Shown here one piece after another: positions 62,690 to 64,000 of a DNA stretch of 64,000 nucleotides (within the stretch, counting starts at the first letter, position 1; every line of letters starts with the position of its first letter). This stretch comes from Camelus dromedarius (taxonomy: Eukaryota): positions 43,772,001-43,836,000 of the forward strand of contig NC_087440.1 of assembly GCF_036321535.1 (NCBI RefSeq), read 5' to 3'. Under the pieces are notes generated by a model. That model searched no databases, was not told the origin of the DNA, and saw only the letters and a program-made list of their open reading frames with translations. A program made the translations under genes and the position numbers.

Positions 62690-64000
62690 TTATATTTACT
62701 CAGATATTTACCATTTCTGTTGTGTTTTCTTCATTCCTGAAGGTCCAAGTTTCTCTTCTGTCTGAAAAGCTTCTTTTAGCAATCTTTAGAGCAGGTCTAC
62801 CAGGTGTGAATTCTCTTAGTTTTCCTTCATCTGAGTATGTCTTTATTTTATCTTCATTTCTGAAGGATATTCTTGCTGGATATAGATTCTCTGTTGACAG
62901 TTACTTCCTTTTAGCACTTTAAAAACATTGTGCCACTTACTTCTGGTCTCCATATGGTTTCTGATTAGAAATTCAGAGTCATTCGAATTGTGTGTTATTT
63001 TTCTCTGGCTGCTTTAAATTCTTTTGTCTTTATTTTCCTGCAATTGATTGCGATGTGTCTCCAGGCATGGATGTGTTTGAGCTTATCTTCTTTGGGGTTT
63101 GTTTAGTCTTTTAAAATCTGTATGTTTATTTGTCTTTTACCAAGCTTGGGAATTTTTAAAGCCATTATTCTTCAAAGATTTTTTTCAGCATTGCATTCTT
63201 CAGCCATTCCTTCTGAGTGTCTGATGACATGAATGTTAGACCTTTTGTTACTGTCTCAATGGTCCCTAAGGCTCTGATCAGATTTTTCAATCTTTATTCT
63301 TTCTGTTGTTCTGATTGGATCATTTTTAATGATCGACCCTGTCTTCAAGTTTATAATCTTTTTCCTCTGCCATAGCCATCTGCTCTTGAGTCCCTCCAAA
63401 GAGTATTTTATTTTGGTTCCTGTATTTTTCAGTTCTCAAATTTCAATTTGGTTCTTTCCATTTCTGTTTGGTTCTTCTTTATGTCTTCTATTTCTTTGCT
63501 GAGACTTTTATTTTAAATTATGTTGCAAGAATGTTTTCAATTGCTTCTTCCAGCATACTTTAACATTTTTGTTCCTTTAAAGTCTTTGCCAGATAATTTC
63601 AGCTTCTGTGTTAATAGTATGGATGATGGTGTCTATCGATTGTCTTTTACCAAGTGACTTGAAATTTTGTGTCTTATGAAGAGTAAGGTCTAATGTACTT
63701 ATACTGCTGAGTAATTTTAGATTATATCCTAAATATTTTGATTATATGTTATGAGACTCTGTGTCTCATTTAAATTCTGGGGAGAATGTTGACACTTTTG
63801 TTTTAGCAGGCAACAGACCTGGTTAGGTTCAGGCTGCAAGTTCCAACCTCAGTTTTATGGGTGATAATTCCAATGGCAGTTCAGTTCTCAAAGCCTTTAT
63901 AGTACTCTTTGGATATACTTCGGGAGTGTGCCGTCTGGCAGTCAGTCTGTAACCTGTGCATTGGTATTTCTATTAGTTTCTTTCTCAGCATTGTTGTAAT
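62690..64000 (-). mobile_element. Ancient L1M (ORF1/5' region), continues past window end
   Basis: ttcatttctgaaggatattcttgctggatatagattct; ccaagcttgggaatttttaaagccattatt; tgatgacatgaatgttagacctttt. Confidence 0.8.

Noticed and set aside
1-64000. tRNA, rRNA, snRNA or snoRNA genes, CRISPR arrays, NUMTs, or a novel multi-gene system
   Set aside because: No matching consensus, regular repeat-spacer structure or clustered intact ORFs were seen by eye. A covariance-model search (Infernal/Rfam, tRNAscan-SE) would be needed to exclude degenerate RNA copies.

Overview
Mammalian, AT-rich, repeat-rich genomic DNA. It is probably camelid: two young L1 3' UTRs resemble the alpaca/camel L1 type as I recall it, and I saw no ruminant or pig SINEs. 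I found no supportable host protein-coding gene, RNA gene or CRISPR array, and the window looks intergenic or deep-intronic. Two mRNA retrocopies stand out. (1) A near full-length RPL3 retrocopy on the minus strand (12699-13988) has a poly(A) tail, AATAAA, a perfect 15-bp target-site duplication (TSD) and an unbroken 401-codon ORF despite heavy CpG-type decay. (2) A 5'-truncated KIZ (kizuna) retrocopy on the plus strand (~52512-52870) has AATAAA and a 29-nt poly(A). The rest is layered transposon debris: L1s of several ages, L2, MIR, L3, MaLR/ERVL LTRs, hAT MITEs and a Tigger1 derivative. It carries several small duplication or template-switch scars and a few candidate regulatory or splice motifs. 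Two of the six N-runs have exactly the length of the homologous sequence in sister L1 copies, so they look like masked or no-call bases rather than estimated gaps. I did not find convincing evidence of a new biological system. Repeat family names come from remembered consensus sequences and boundaries are approximate.
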